A stretch of 64,000 bases of DNA from Tricharina praecox (lineage: Eukaryota), in NCBI RefSeq assembly GCF_024521635.1, contig NW_026250406.1:558001-622000 (forward strand). The letters are read 5' to 3'. Of this stretch, positions 37,980 to 50,753 are shown one piece after another. Both the position numbers and the translations under genes were made by a program. Each line of letters opens with the position of its first letter. Positions within the stretch are counted from its first letter, which is position 1. The notes below the pieces were generated by a model that saw nothing but the letters and a program-made list of their open reading frames with translations, searched no databases and had not been told where the DNA came from.

Positions 37980-40560
37980 TATGATAAAACTTGGATTCAC
38001 GTCACAGCACACCGATGCATCTGAAAGTGGTAAAGCCCGCCGTAGCTAGCAAGCTCCTTGCAAGTCGCACGCCAATAGGAAAAACCGGTTCGGCAGAAAT
38101 ATGACCTGAGAAAGACAGGAAATTGCCTCACCGGCCAGTACCTCCAGTGGACGACAAGCCGGCAGGACGCCCGCTGCGGATGGTGCCGCTACAAGACCCA
38201 GACACGAGAGCACCTTTTCAAGAATTGCCCTGAATGGAAAAGCCAACAGAAGACACTGTGGGCAGAGGTCCGAAAGCAGACGAAGAGGGGCAAGGATCGA
38301 TTCATGATCCGGGACCTCTTCGCAGCCGAGCGCTGCAGCAAGGCAATCCTAGAGTTCCTCTCTTCCACTGATGTGGGCAGACGGATGCGTGAGGCCGCTG
38401 AGCAAGATAAAGAGAGCAAGGTATCCGAGTGGGAGCTCAGGGAGCAGGAAGAAAGGGAGGCTGAGCTGAGGCGGGAGGAGGAGGAGGGTGCTGATGTTGA
38501 GGAGCTGGGCTCAGTCCCGCTGTTTCTCCTCACACCTTCTTTCATAGCAACCCTTTTAAGAGACGAGAGAGGGAGCAGAATATGTCTTTTACTAATGTTA
38601 TTTCCTTGCTGCGCTGTATCTTCATTGCGGGGACAGGCCGAGGCGGTGGGCAGGGATAGCCACATCGGGCCACTCGATGAAAGTCGAGTCGGATAGTGGC
38701 AGGGAACCGGAGTGTGTACATAATATATTGCCATGATCTACATAAGTCACAATCAATTGCTGATTAAACAAAAAAAAACCTTACAAGGCGCAACCCGTGT
38801 GATCCAATCTAGCTTCGCGTGGTCATGGTGCAACCCCGGTAGCGACTGGATGCCCTAGACCTAGAATGTGACTGCACTTTTGCCGACCCCACAAACCTAC
38901 CGCAACCACTTCTTCCTCTCCTTCCTCTCCTTCCTCTCCTTCCTCTCAACATCATCCACTTCATCACGCCACAGTGCGAACTTCTTATTACTCACATTAC
39001 TTTCTACGTCCACAGGCGGTGAGCCGGTGGATTCGTCCAGTTGGCTCTACGGTCGATCCTTTCCTTCCTTTCTCTTCTCTCCCCGTCCACCTCCGGTGTA
39101 CGTTTCCGTTCTCCCCCAGCTTCTCCCATCATTCCCTTCCCGTCGAGCCCCTACCATTCATTCCCTTTCCCTTCATCTCCTTCACGGCGCTGGCCATGAA
39201 TTTGTGTCGCCGACGGCCCTCGCAGCCATAGTAAGTGCTTTCCCATATTATTTCAATCTTCGCCCTGCCCGCCCGCCCAATAGCCAGACACTAACTTCCT
39301 CTACAGATGGCGACTCTGCAGTGGATAGGTCATTTAGACCTACGGTTCAGGTCACTATCCATAAGCTCTTTACAGAGGCAACTTTGATATGGCGGACCTG
39401 ATCATGGAAACTGTCAAGTACCAGTATGAGGAGATAAAGACTCCTGCTGCAGTGCTAGCCCTGTAATAGATAGCAACAGCGATGGAGGCTATGAAAAGGA
39501 GGATATGGAGATCCTCGAGGCGTCACAGTTGAGGACAACGGATTGGCGAAATGTGGCATGAGCCCATACGTGAGTCCCGCCAAACTCCCCCATAGGGCCC
39601 TCTCAGGCTAACAGACGCAGGCGTACATCATGAGCTCCGTTGTTGATGTTCGTGATATTCTCTCCGCTGAGGAGTACGAAGAGTACACAGACATCGCTTA
39701 GTTTGGTCAGAGGCACCATTCACTTCAAGTATGCACACGCTTCCCCACCCAAACTCAAGTTTCACTAGCTAAGAGTGGATGCACATTTAGTTTGGGATTT
39801 GGTCACCGCTTACCCGGTGGGCAATCCACAAAGACTCAATTCCCCGCATCCATCGCGCGCTCACCATCCGTGGTGCAAAAAGCTGCGGGTTGGGTGCGCA
39901 ATGCGAATCCCAGCCATGAAAATCCCAGCCATGCAGTTGCTCGCGGCGAAAATGAGAAGAGACCGGTACATGCAGACGCCTATCATGGCGCGCTTGAAAG
40001 CCTGCGTGGCTTTAAAGCGACCTCGTGAACCCAGCCTCGCCGAGAGGAGAGATGCGATAAAAATATAGCGCGTTACCAAAGAAATACCAGATCGATGTGC
40101 CGTGCGCGCTGTTTGTTGTTTGGTATCGGGATCGCTTCTGTTTATTTCTGTTGCAGATTTACCGTTTCTGATCTTATCCAGGGGGAGGGCAAGGGGGGAA
40201 TGGGGGCAGGAGAAGAAGAGAGCACGATAGGCAAAGACGAGCAAATGACAACACCTTGCGCGCTGCTTGTTCTTTGGCTTCGGGATGGCTTCTGTTTATT
40301 TCTGTTGGAGATTTACTATTTCTGATCTTATTCAGGCGGGGGAGGGCGGATGGGGGAGGGAGGAGAGTTGGGTTGTGGACAGTTGAGCTGCTGAAGTTGC
40401 TAATAGTTTTTTTGCAATTTATCCAATTATCCAATTCTAAACGGTTCCTTGGTTACATGGCTCTCAACAGAGCAGTTGGTCTGGTGAATTCTACGTACCC
40501 TGTTGGTTCAAGTCGGAATGTTACTCTTCGACAAAACTGCTTCATTTATCAGTTCTAAAT
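37980..40560 (+). pseudogene. Repeat family C, copy 1: multi-intron orphan gene relic (upstream part interrupted by the LINE)
   Basis: Collinear with 41620-43180, e.g. gtgcaaccccggtagcgac.ggatgccc.agacctagaatgtgac at 38828 and 41738. Intron-like segments at 39231-39306, 39570-39620 and ~39729-39790; stops in exon frames. Confidence 0.7.
38070..38778 (+). mobile_element. 5'-truncated non-LTR retrotransposon (LINE, Tad1-like) 3' end with poly(A) and a 14-bp TSD
   Basis: Encodes KTGNCLTGQYLQW..RCGWCRYKTQTREHLFKNCPEWK/(frameshift)QQKTLWAEVRK..RFMIRDLFAAERCSKAILEFLSSTDVGR, the C-terminal CCHC region of LINE ORF2. The A-tail ends at 38778. TSD: ccttgcaagtcgca (38056-38069) / ccttacaaggcgca (38779-38792). 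Confidence 0.88.
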
Positions 40561-41619
40561 AGTGTACCTTCGGCCGTGTGCAAGTTTTAAATGCTCTAGA
40601 GCACCAGTACATAGAAGCATAAGTATGCCAGGAAGCTGAGCACTCCCTTTCAATCACGGAGGTTTACTTTCACGATTTACTGTCAATTCTTGCCATGTCA
40701 TGATGACTAGAGGGCACGCCTTTCTCTGAGTACAAGCGGGTCATCCAGATCATAGATGACCGTCACTCACCACAGTCTGATTCAATTGAGGCTTCGGTGG
40801 AGTGCCTGAAGAGTTATATACCACCGCAATTAGATTGTAATACTAGCTGGTACTACTTTGTGCAACGAATCCTGTATGTTAGCTTTACGTTCGTACTGCG
40901 TCAGCAGTACTACTGTTCTACTGGGTCTCCTAGGCGCCTCCTACCTACTTCAGCATCATGCCATTCATATACGTTATCATGAGATCCACCGCGGGTTGCC
41001 AGATCTTCGGTGTGGCCGGTTTTACCGGTTCTTTGAACTAGGCGAATTAAACAGGTTCTGTACGCAGTCCCCATTCTGGTTTGCGTTCTTCCATAGCCGC
41101 TTCACTGCAGTTCTATGTTCCAAAAATTGTTCGAACCAGTTTGCACTGCAATGTTGGCATGTCTACCGGCGTCTGGATAGGGTTTGAGAGTCGAGACGGT
41201 CAGAACCCAGTGGCAGCCCGGCAGGGCGCAAGCAGAATAAATTGATGTTCTCTCTCTCGCACGGTGAGGCTGTCAAACAACTGGTGCTCGGGACCCTAGT
41301 TGCAGGCTACAGTACATCAGTTTGCAGCCTTGCACTTCCTCCGTAGCACGGACGGGCGGAGGCAGATCGATGCCCAGCTTGGTGGGGGACGAGACAAGGA
41401 GACAGCGGGTGAGCCTTCCGAACAAGGTAACTGGGCAGCTTCTTCTGTAGACGATGGGAAGGCAAGACATGAAGATGGGCCGATGCGGTCAACGCGCTCT
41501 GGGAATCCGTAGGTTCTTAGTCCGACTGTGATGGCGGTCCTGGTGGGGTCTATTATATCAGGGGGTAGTCGGATGGCGGTAGGCAGCCAGGTTTCAAACT
41601 CCAATTCGTGCATAGAGGT

Positions 41620-43180
41620 ATGCTCGAACTTTTGAATCAGGTTCCAGCATGCCGATGCATCCAAAGTCATAAAGCCCGCCGTAGCCACCAAGCTCCTGAT
41701 AACCCGTGAGATCAAATCAGGCGGCACGTGAACAGTGTGCAACCCCGGTAGCGACGGGATGCCCCAGACCTAGAATGTGACCACACTTTTGCCGACCCCA
41801 CAAGACCCACACACGACCACTTGCTCCTCTCCTTCATCTCCTTCATCTCCTTCATCTCCTTCATCTCCTTCCTTTCCTTCCCCTCAACAACATCATCATC
41901 CACATCACGCCACCGTGCGATATTCCTATTACTCAGCTTACTCTCTACGCCCGCATGCGGTGAATCGGTTCTTTTCTGCGTTCAACATTCGGCTTCGAGC
42001 AATAGTGACGAACAACCCCATATGATTGAATGCAGTGGACCTTCCTCTCCCTGCTCTCCCTTCTCTCCATCCTATCTTTCCTCATCTTCCCTCTGAACTA
42101 TTCGGATACGTCATGTAAGTTAGATATCTTTCCTTCCCATCTTTTTTTATCTCTGCCTGCCCGAGAGCTAGATACTGACTTCCGCTACAGACCGCGAAGC
42201 AGAACGATGCGGTTCGGTTTCTTGGCCATTGACCAAATTACCTCGCGGCTCGAATGGAGGTCTCACTGAAAACAGTGGAGTTGGTTTGGTCGGAGGCACC
42301 ATTCACTTCAAGTATGCACCCGCTTCCCCACCCAAACTCAAGTTTCACTGGCTAACAGTAGATGTACACTTAGTTTGTGATCTGGTCACCTCTTACCTGG
42401 GGAATTTACAAAGACTCAATTCCCCTTATTCGTCGCTTTCTCTCGCTCGTCCGCACCGCAGCCATATATTTGGCCTGCCCTGCAATTAATATGGCGATGG
42501 ACTCCTTCATCTGTCCTGGCGAATACAGAAGCCTCAATGCAACTCGCGGTCATCTGCGAGTTGCTTTGATGCTCAATCGCACCTGGACCCTTGGCGAACT
42601 GATGGAGACGGTCACATTCGGAATATCTTATTCGGAGCTCGCTCGAGAGGATGCGGAGTATCAAAAAGCCGACCAAACCACTTGACTATTGCGGGCGCAC
42701 CATCAGTGGTGCAAAAAAATGCGGATTGGGTGCGCAATGCAAATCGAAAGCCTGCTGAGGCTTCAGAGCGATGAGCGGTGGAAAGCAGTAACATGCTCCA
42801 TTTTAAACGACCCTAGCCTCGACGAGAAAAGGGAGGGGGAAAGAAGACAGCGCGAGGGAAAGGACGAACAAATGACATACCTTGTGCGCTGTTTGTTCTT
42901 TTGTTTCGGGATAGCTACTGTTTGTTTTCTGTTGGAGATTTACTGTTTCTGATCTTATTCAGGCGGGGGAGGGCGGATGGGGGAGGGAGGAGAGTTGGGT
43001 TGTCGACAGTTGAGCTGCTGAACCTGCCAATAGTTTTTGCAATTTATACAGTTATCCAATTCGAACCGGTTCCTTCTTTAGTTTGCTCGTAATAGTGAAG
43101 TTGGTGTGGTGGATTCTGTGTAGATATTTCCAGTTGATTGGAATGTTACTCTGCAAAAAGAAAGGTACAGCGGTTCATAC
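41620..43180 (+). pseudogene. Repeat family C, copy 2 (no LINE insertion)
   Basis: Direct similarity to 37980-40560; shared introns at 42115-42190 and ~42312-42373; near-identical 3' block 42880-43060 vs 40255-40430. Confidence 0.7.
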
Positions 43181-43792
43181 TGTATGACTCGATCCATCTT
43201 CTCCACCCGAGAAATTCTGACGGTGACTCGGTGAGGCCTAAAGCGCGATCCCGGGTGCAGCACATCGAGTTGATCATCCTCCCACCAGGGACGGACGAGC
43301 AGATGCACAACCTGATCGGGAACGAAACAGTGAGACAGTGAGCGAGCCGTCCGGATAAGACGACTGGTCACTGCGCGGCTTCTACTGTAAAGGGCGAGAA
43401 GACAAAGACATGAACATGAAGATACGGGCGGATGCGGTTGATGGCGTTTGCGGAATGGGTGAGTTCCTGCGCCGGCTGGGATGGAGGTGGGGTCGGGCTG
43501 GCGGTGGTAGAGATGATAGGCGAGTGGAGGCTGGCATTCTCGTTACGTGCACATGGAATCTTCTTTTTCTTGATAGGATCTACAATCTATTGGATGCCCC
43601 GCGGTAGGGAGGATGAGAGACGGGGTTGCGATACTAGTCACTTATCTGGACCGTGGACAGACAGCGGTCCTGGAAAAGGTATGCCGCAATAGGTAGTCTA
43701 AATAGGCTGAGTGCGAGTATGATCAAACAAAAACGTGGTATCCAACACGCATGATAACCCTAGACTTCATCATAACTATCATCACCTTCTAC

Positions 43793-45615
43793 CTACAGTT
43801 TCGCCTTTACATGATCCCTCGCTGCCAACTCCCTAAGCGCCTTCTTCAGAATCTTCCCCGACGCGTTCTTTGGCACGGCCTCCAAGAACACAACGCCACC
43901 ATCCAAACGCTTATACTTAGCCAGCTTCTCGGCAGCCCAATCGTATACCTCCTTCTCCGTGAGCTCCGTTCCAGGGCGCTTCACAACATACGCCCTCGGC
44001 AGCTCCTCGCCGGCGGGGGTAGTAATACCTATCACTGCCGCGTCGATGATCCCCGGGTGCTGTAGGAGCACCCCTTCGAGCTCGGGCGGAACAACTTGGA
44101 AGCCGCGGACCTTGATGAGTTCCTAACAGCGGGCACTTTCCGTTAGCGAGTATTCTGGGGGTAGGTGAGAAGGGTGGCTGGGGCGGGAGGGGAGGCGAGG
44201 GGAGGGGAACCTTTTTCCGATCGACGATGTACCACTTCTTCGTTTTTCCATCGCAGTACATGATATCGCCAGTTTTATAGTACCCTTCGTGGTCAAAGGA
44301 CTCCTTGTTCGCCGCGTCGTTCTGGTAGTACCCCTGGAACACCGTTCTTCCACGGACCCACATCTCGCCGGGTTTATTGTACTCGCGGATCTCGGTGCCG
44401 TCCTCGTCGACAAGCTTCGCCTCGACGCCGGGGACCAGGTAGCCCACACTTCCGGTCTCGTCGTGCTCGCCGGCCCAGAAGCGTGTCGCGATGCAGGACG
44501 TCTCCGTCATTCCCCATACCTGTGTTGTTGTTGCGTTTGGCGGCAGTAGCTCCGAGTAGCGGCGCTGGAGATCCAGGCCGAGGGGCGCAGCGCCGGATGC
44601 GGCGGCGCGGGCGGAGGCGAAGCACGCTCGCTTGACGAGGGGCGACATGACGAAGGCCAGGATGATCGGGGGTACGACGGTTTGCTCGGTTACGTAGAAG
44701 AGCTCGCACGTGCGGAGATATAGGGCCATGTCGAAGCGTCGGAGGATCGTGGTGCGGCCTCCCCCACGCAGGGGAGTAATGTGTGCTGCGGGCACGCAGG
44801 CGGCATGGAACATTGGGAGTGCAAGACAGTATGTTGGTTCGTAGGAGCGTGGCTTGTAGTCCTGGACCACTGTGTGCTGGGCGACGAAATTTCGGTGGGA
44901 GAGGTTGGCGGCTTTGGGCAGGCCAGTGGTGCCAGAGGAGAAGAGGCGCATCGCTGTAGTGTCTCGTGCTGCCTCAGCGCCATGAAAGCGGACCCAGTCT
45001 GTTTCGCCGCGGGTGAGGAGGTCTTTCCAGGACTTGTAGCCGGCTGGAACGCCCTGTTGGGGAAGGTTATCGAATACCCAGTAGTTCGCTGCCGGAATGC
45101 CGCAGGCGTCACCAGCGGCGCGGATGGTGGAGAGAATCTCGGGCTCGACTACGATGAAGCGCGCGGAGGAGGCGCGTATATGGTGTGCTAGCTCTGACGT
45201 TGTATACGATGGATTGGAGCCCGTCCAGACTCCACCAGCGGCGATGGTTCCCAGGACGATTAGTGGGTAGTTGATCTTCGGAAGTTAGCAAATGCCCATG
45301 TAGTGTCAACGGACGAAACTGACATCGTTGAAAGAGTGAAGCAGCAGCGTATCCCCTCTCTTCAATCCCGCATCCTTCAATCCCTTCGCAATCTTCCGAA
45401 TGATTTCTCGACATTTTACGCCTGTGAGGGTGCGGGAGGTATCGTTGGCGGAGACGAATATCTGCCTAATATCAGCATAGTTCCACACAAAGTAGCCAAT
45501 TCCCAGAACGCACGATCTTTTCCAGGTCATATATCGGCTTATCAAACATCCACGAGAGGAGGTCGGTATTCGGAACATCGATCTGGCCTTCCGGCTGGAA
45601 GAAACCAGGCGCCAT
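43793..45615 (-). CDS. AMP-dependent acyl-CoA ligase (4-coumarate-CoA ligase/phenylacetyl-CoA ligase-like), 544 aa, predicted peroxisomal; exons 45615-45514, 45461-45324, 45275-44211, 44122-43793
   Basis: AMP-binding motifs FSSGTTGLPK, QVWGMTE, GEMWVRG, YKTGDI, IVDRKKELIKVRGFQV and PKNASGKILK. Three GT-AG introns restore the frame. C-terminal AKL fits PTS1. Confidence 0.95.
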
Positions 45616-48127
45616 GGCTGAGATCGTGGTCGAGATTGGATCGAAGGAGGAAGTGCCTGAGAAGACACGGTTTACGTTCTGTGCGGCTCGCCGTGATCAA
45701 TGTGTGGGGGAGGAAGTCCTTAAAGCTGTTCGGGAAGTGCGGTGGATATCCTATTTACTTGGTTGTCCAATGGTCAACTAGGAAACCCCAGCAAGCGGGC
45801 AGCAAGTGGAGAGTGCATGCAGCATCCATTCGAGCTGCAAGAACGGAGAGTTGCGGTTTAACTGCTCTCGGCACCCAAGATCCCGTTATGCAGAGTGTAT
45901 CTAGGAATCTTGGATGCTCACAAAATTCACGTTCACCCAAGCGATTCTCATCCTCGGCTCGCTTCTCCCGGCACCAGTCTGCTTGATCCGAGCCAATCAA
46001 GTAGATGCTTCTCTTGATCCAAGAACCGTGGGGCGGAATGCGGGGAAGCCGACACCCGGCAGCACTGGGCTAAGCGAGGAGGATGGTGATCTGGGTCTTA
46101 TCGAAGAGCCGTTTCTCGGTCACACTGCTTGCTCGAATCGTCACACCGAATGCGTTATCGAAACTCTCGTGGTTGGGCTGACGACGCGTAAAGACGATGG
46201 TGATGAAGGAGCTTGCACGCGGTCTGTGCCGCTGTACTCTATGTGATGCTGACCTCAATCCATAAAGACGAAGAATCCCGGCAGATTGGCGCTAGATGGA
46301 ATGCCGTAGGTTCGGAGTTAGAGCACTTATTTTGGCCGTCGCGACGCGCAAGGGTGGACTGGTCACTGGAGGTGGCGGGGGAATTTCAGGATCGTCAACC
46401 CAACGGACCTCGGAGGATTGCTGATGCTGGAGTTGAGAATTCGAAAGAGCCTGAAGTGAATGCAAGTGGAGAGTCTGGCGATGAGGACGGTTGACGAGGT
46501 CGGTTCCTTCGCGGGGAAGGCCACACGTGCAGTCTAACCCCGCAGGGCTGGACCGATTACATCTCACATGTTTAGCGATCAAGGTTCGGCCTTTCTTCGT
46601 CCCATCCACATCTCCACCGCAACTACGCGACAACTCCGACATCACCAATCACCAGCCGCCTGGCATCGCTCGTCCTTAAAATTCCGTCCGACCTGCTGCA
46701 TGCACAGGCCGATGTGAAACGTCTCACGCGATGCACCGTGATCTGTCCTACCAGAGAAGCTTCTTCACTTGAATCTACCACGCGTCGGGACTTGTCTCGG
46801 CTCCCAAGTCAGACGAAATCAAGCCGTGGGACCAGTGTTTCACCAGTTCTTTACCTAGGTACCACTCGCCGATGGATTTTGCCGTTTCCACCCTAAAGGT
46901 CCTCTTTTCGGCTCAACGAGACGGAAAGACGTGCTGACGAAATGCCTACATGAATAGTTACCGAAGCCGAGGAAGCCGCATGTCGCCGCACGAATCATCC
47001 GTTCTACCGCTCTACTCCACCTCTGCATTGATCCCTTCTCCTCCGCGCACCGCTCGGACGAATCGATCGAGACGTGCATACGACGAATACACGATGCCAC
47101 GAGCGAGACGGGCAAGCGAGAGTAAGACCCAGCGATTGCAACCTCCGGTCCTCCCCACCTGCTGCAGCTTCTCATGCGGGGTCTACGGCCCAGGACTTCT
47201 CGACCGGGGCCACTTGCTATCGTGATTAGAAGAGGGTCGTGCTCGTATTTATTCTAAATTTCTCCCTGTCATCACCAGACAGACGTCACCTTCAGCAGTT
47301 CACAGATGCGCGAATTGAATTATTCGGTCGGAAAGCCTGTCATTGCAGTGGATTTGAGCAAAGATCGGATCGGACTCATGGGCAAGTGATGGCGAATCAG
47401 GCTATGAGTTTTCCATGGATGAGGTGAGCAACCAATGCGATAATTTTGGAACCGAGACTAACAAATTCTACAGCCTATAAAATTTTCCGAACGAGTTGGA
47501 GAGCGAGTGCAGTACCCAACGCAGACCCGACCTCGAGAACGATCCGGAGGATATCCTTTCTCGCCCCGTGCGTGCCTATTCGACAGCATTATTCATGCCG
47601 TGACGACCACTATGACAACAGACTACAGTCCATTTCTCCGCTTTGAATGGGTGCTTGTTGCAGCGGAAAGTGTCCAGGAACATCGGAGTCTTCATCACGG
47701 GGTTTACTTGCTGTTCTTCTTCGAGGCGCCTTACGGTACGATCATCGGACGATCATCGGACGCGTTCGAATAAGTCACGGAGAGGTGTTCATCTTGTCCT
47801 AATCGCTACATTATCCTGCAAATCGCGCAAATCGGACGCGTTACGTACCCGCAAGGTGTGCACCAAGGAATGCAACTCGTACACGTTCTCGAAACACGGG
47901 AATCTTCACCGCCGAAGAGAACCGTCAGCACTTCGGTTCAGCCCTCAGTCCACACTGTTTTGTCATCTTTCTCCAGACGATCCAGCCGAAAATCACGACA
48001 GAAATCCACCTATGCCTACCAGCCAGATCCTTGTTGGAGCGATGGAAGCGAGGTCTATTATCCGCAATGACGGCTAGGTGGCTGGTCGGTAAATTATTTG
48101 GGACGCGGTGATAGTGCGAGGATATCC

Positions 48128-48320
48128 ATCAGGAGGTTCGGAAGGAGACCAGTCCTCCTGTGGAGAGTTGCCCGCGGGAGGAGTGGAAGTTATCAGGAGA
48201 TTCGAACGGAGACCAGACCTCCCGTCGAAGGTTTTCCGTGGGAGGAGTGGGAAGTTATCAGAAAGTTCGGAAGGAGACCAGACCTCCCGTCGAAGGTTGT
48301 CCGTGGGAGGAGTGGGAAGT
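48128..48320. repeat. 64-65-bp tandem repeat x3
   Basis: The 'ggagaccag' anchor occurs at 48144, 48208 and 48273 with near-identical units. Confidence 0.92.
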
Positions 48321-48832
48321 GGCCGTCGCGCGACGGGTGATTAGGCCAGGCTAGAGAAACAATGCAATTGCCCCTCTCTCGTACTCCTTTGGAATCTACC
48401 GAAGAATACGAAGGAGTCTAAGACATCTCGTACCCCGCACTGGATTTTGAGAACAGATGGGGCATATGTCTTCCTGCGATGTGTCTGACTTGTCTCAATA
48501 TTGGAGAGAATTTGGATGCATAGCGCGTAGGTTTGCATCAAAAACGGACAACCAATTCTCGGCTCCAACGGCAACCATGAGGAGACAACTATCGGCCATG
48601 CCATAAGCAGCACACGACGTCACAGAAACTCCACTTTCTGTTCTCCGTATAGTTTTTTCTTTTTTGCTTCCTATACAATGAAGAACCATGGCTCGGGTCG
48701 GCTCGGTCTGTCAGGGGCACCGTTCAGCCTAGATCCGCGCTACCCCGGATTATTGTCCCCCGAGAACCTCGCGATATTCATTAATATGATAAAGTGGGCC
48801 AATTTGGGGATATACCCGGGTTTGGCTACACG

Positions 48833-48838
48833 TATAAA
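48833..48838 (+). promoter_or_regulatory. TATA box (TATAAA) of the rhamnogalacturonan lyase gene
   Basis: TATAAA 58 nt upstream of the ATG at 48891. Confidence 0.55.
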
Positions 48839-48890
48839 GGCGCGGGCGCGGGACTGAAACACAATGAGCAACTCAACTTCACTGCCCATA

Positions 48891-50753
48891 ATGAAGGTTC
48901 TATTTCCATTGCTTTGGCTATCCGCCGTCGTTTCTGCTGCTGCTCCGACCCTTGTGGTGCACAATAACGGCACCAATGGTGAGTTTTCGACGACTATCAG
49001 TAATGATGTGATTTCGATGCATGTGGGACGACAATATGGTGGATACTCTCATCGAACCTCAATTGATCGTATATCGCTAATATCAATGCAGGAACCAAAC
49101 TCATGTACAAAGGCGAAGACCTTGTCAAGAATGCTACCGGTGCTTATGGTAGTTATGGTAATTCGCCCGTTACATGAGATTGAAGACGGGAAGACTAACA
49201 TCTCGCGGCCGGACGCTATTACGACCTCAACTACACCTCCGTCACAATCACCTCGCGCACCTCGCGCATGCTCGACGTCGCCTACACATCGAAGGAGGGT
49301 GATATTCACTTTGTTCTTTTCACTGGCCTCTCTGGCTTCTACTCGTATTTCGTCAACACTGCCTTAGGCGTACAAGGTGCGTCCTCTCTCCCAGCCCTAT
49401 CTCCAGCCGTCACTAACATTCCATCCAGGCGAATTCCGCACTCTCTACCGCCTCACCCCGGAGCTCTTCCCAAACGGCCGAACCTACCTCAAAGACGCAC
49501 CCCTCCCCTTGTTCGAAACCATCCTCACCTCCCCCTCGGTCCAAGATGAAACCTGGCAAGCCCCAGACGGTACCTACATCACCAAATACGACAACTCCTT
49601 CTTCGTCCGCCAGTCGGATTTCTACGGCGTGTACGGTCCCACTGTCGGTGCATGGATGATCAACCCGGGCAAAGACTACCTCAATGGCGATCAATTAAAG
49701 CAGGAACTCAGTGTCCACCGCGAGAGCCGAACAAATGACGCAGTGCTGTTGAACATGCTCCACGGCACGCACTTCCAGGGTGCGTTCTCGGACGTGATCC
49801 CTGTGGGAAAAGTGTTCGGGCCATGGTTGGTGTACATCAACGATGGCAGCGTAGCGGACGCGGCAAAGGTGGCGAGGGAAGAGGAGAAGAAGTGGCCTTA
49901 CAGCTGGCTCAAGGACGAGAAGTACCTTTCGCGGGGAACGGTCGAGGGCCGCTTAGTTCTCGCCGACGGGACGCCCGCTGCCGGAGCAGCCATCTTCCTC
50001 GGCGACGAGGGCCGGACGATCGCGCAAGGCACGACATTCCAGTACACCACCAACGCATCCGCCTCGGGCTACTTCAGCATCCCCAACGTGCGCACCGAGA
50101 AGCAATATACCCTGCAAGCCTGGGGTAACGGCGGCAAGCTCGCGGGCGTGACCACCGTCTTCTCCAAGAGCAACATCACGCTCTCTGCCGGCAAGCGACG
50201 GAATCTGGGAACACTCAAGTGGACGCCGCAGCCCCGCAAATCCCTGTGGCGCATCGGTGCGTTCGACCGCAAGGCCACTGGCTTCAAGCTCGGCGGCTTG
50301 CCCTACACCCACGGCCTTGTCGATGGCTGCCCCGGAAACTTGACGTTCACTATCGGCGTCTCGAGCGAGCAGGAGGACTGGTGTTTCGGCAAGTCCGCGG
50401 CTGGGACCTGGAGCGTTCTGTTCTCCGCCAATACCGTCGCCGCCAACGCGTCCTCCGTGCTCACCGTCTCCCTGGCAGGTTACAGCGGCAGTGGCACGCG
50501 CATTGGCGGTGTCGGCAGTTCGCTCGAAATTTCCGTCAACGGCGTCAACGTGGGGGATAACGCCACGCCGCTCGGTGGGAATGATCCGGGACTCTACAGG
50601 AGTGCAACGTCGGCAGGCGAGTGGAGGTATTTCGAGTGGGCTCTGCCAGCCGGTGCATTGAAGCAGGGAGATAACGTCGTCGACTTTACGATAGTCACCG
50701 CAACTAGGTGGAGGGGCGTTATGTGGGATGCTGTCATGTTGGAGCAGAGCTAG
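48891..50753 (+). CDS. Secreted rhamnogalacturonan endolyase, polysaccharide lyase family 4, 568 aa; exons 48891-49038, 49092-49157, 49209-49376, 49429-50753
   Basis: Signal peptide MKVLFPLLWLSAVVSAA. PL4-type motifs VGRQYGTKLMYKG, GEFRTLYRL, QDETW, YITKYD, PGKDYLNGDQLKQELSVH, LNMLHGTHF, SRGTVEG, LWRIGAFDRKATGF, YRSA and GVMWDAVMLE. The intron 2 acceptor is non-canonical (see findings). Confidence 0.93.

Noticed and set aside
45950..47800. Possible decayed coding sequence between the ligase and the lyase; similar stretches at 6300-7200 and 10700-11300
   Set aside because: Stops in all frames and no motif I can identify; a translated search would be needed.
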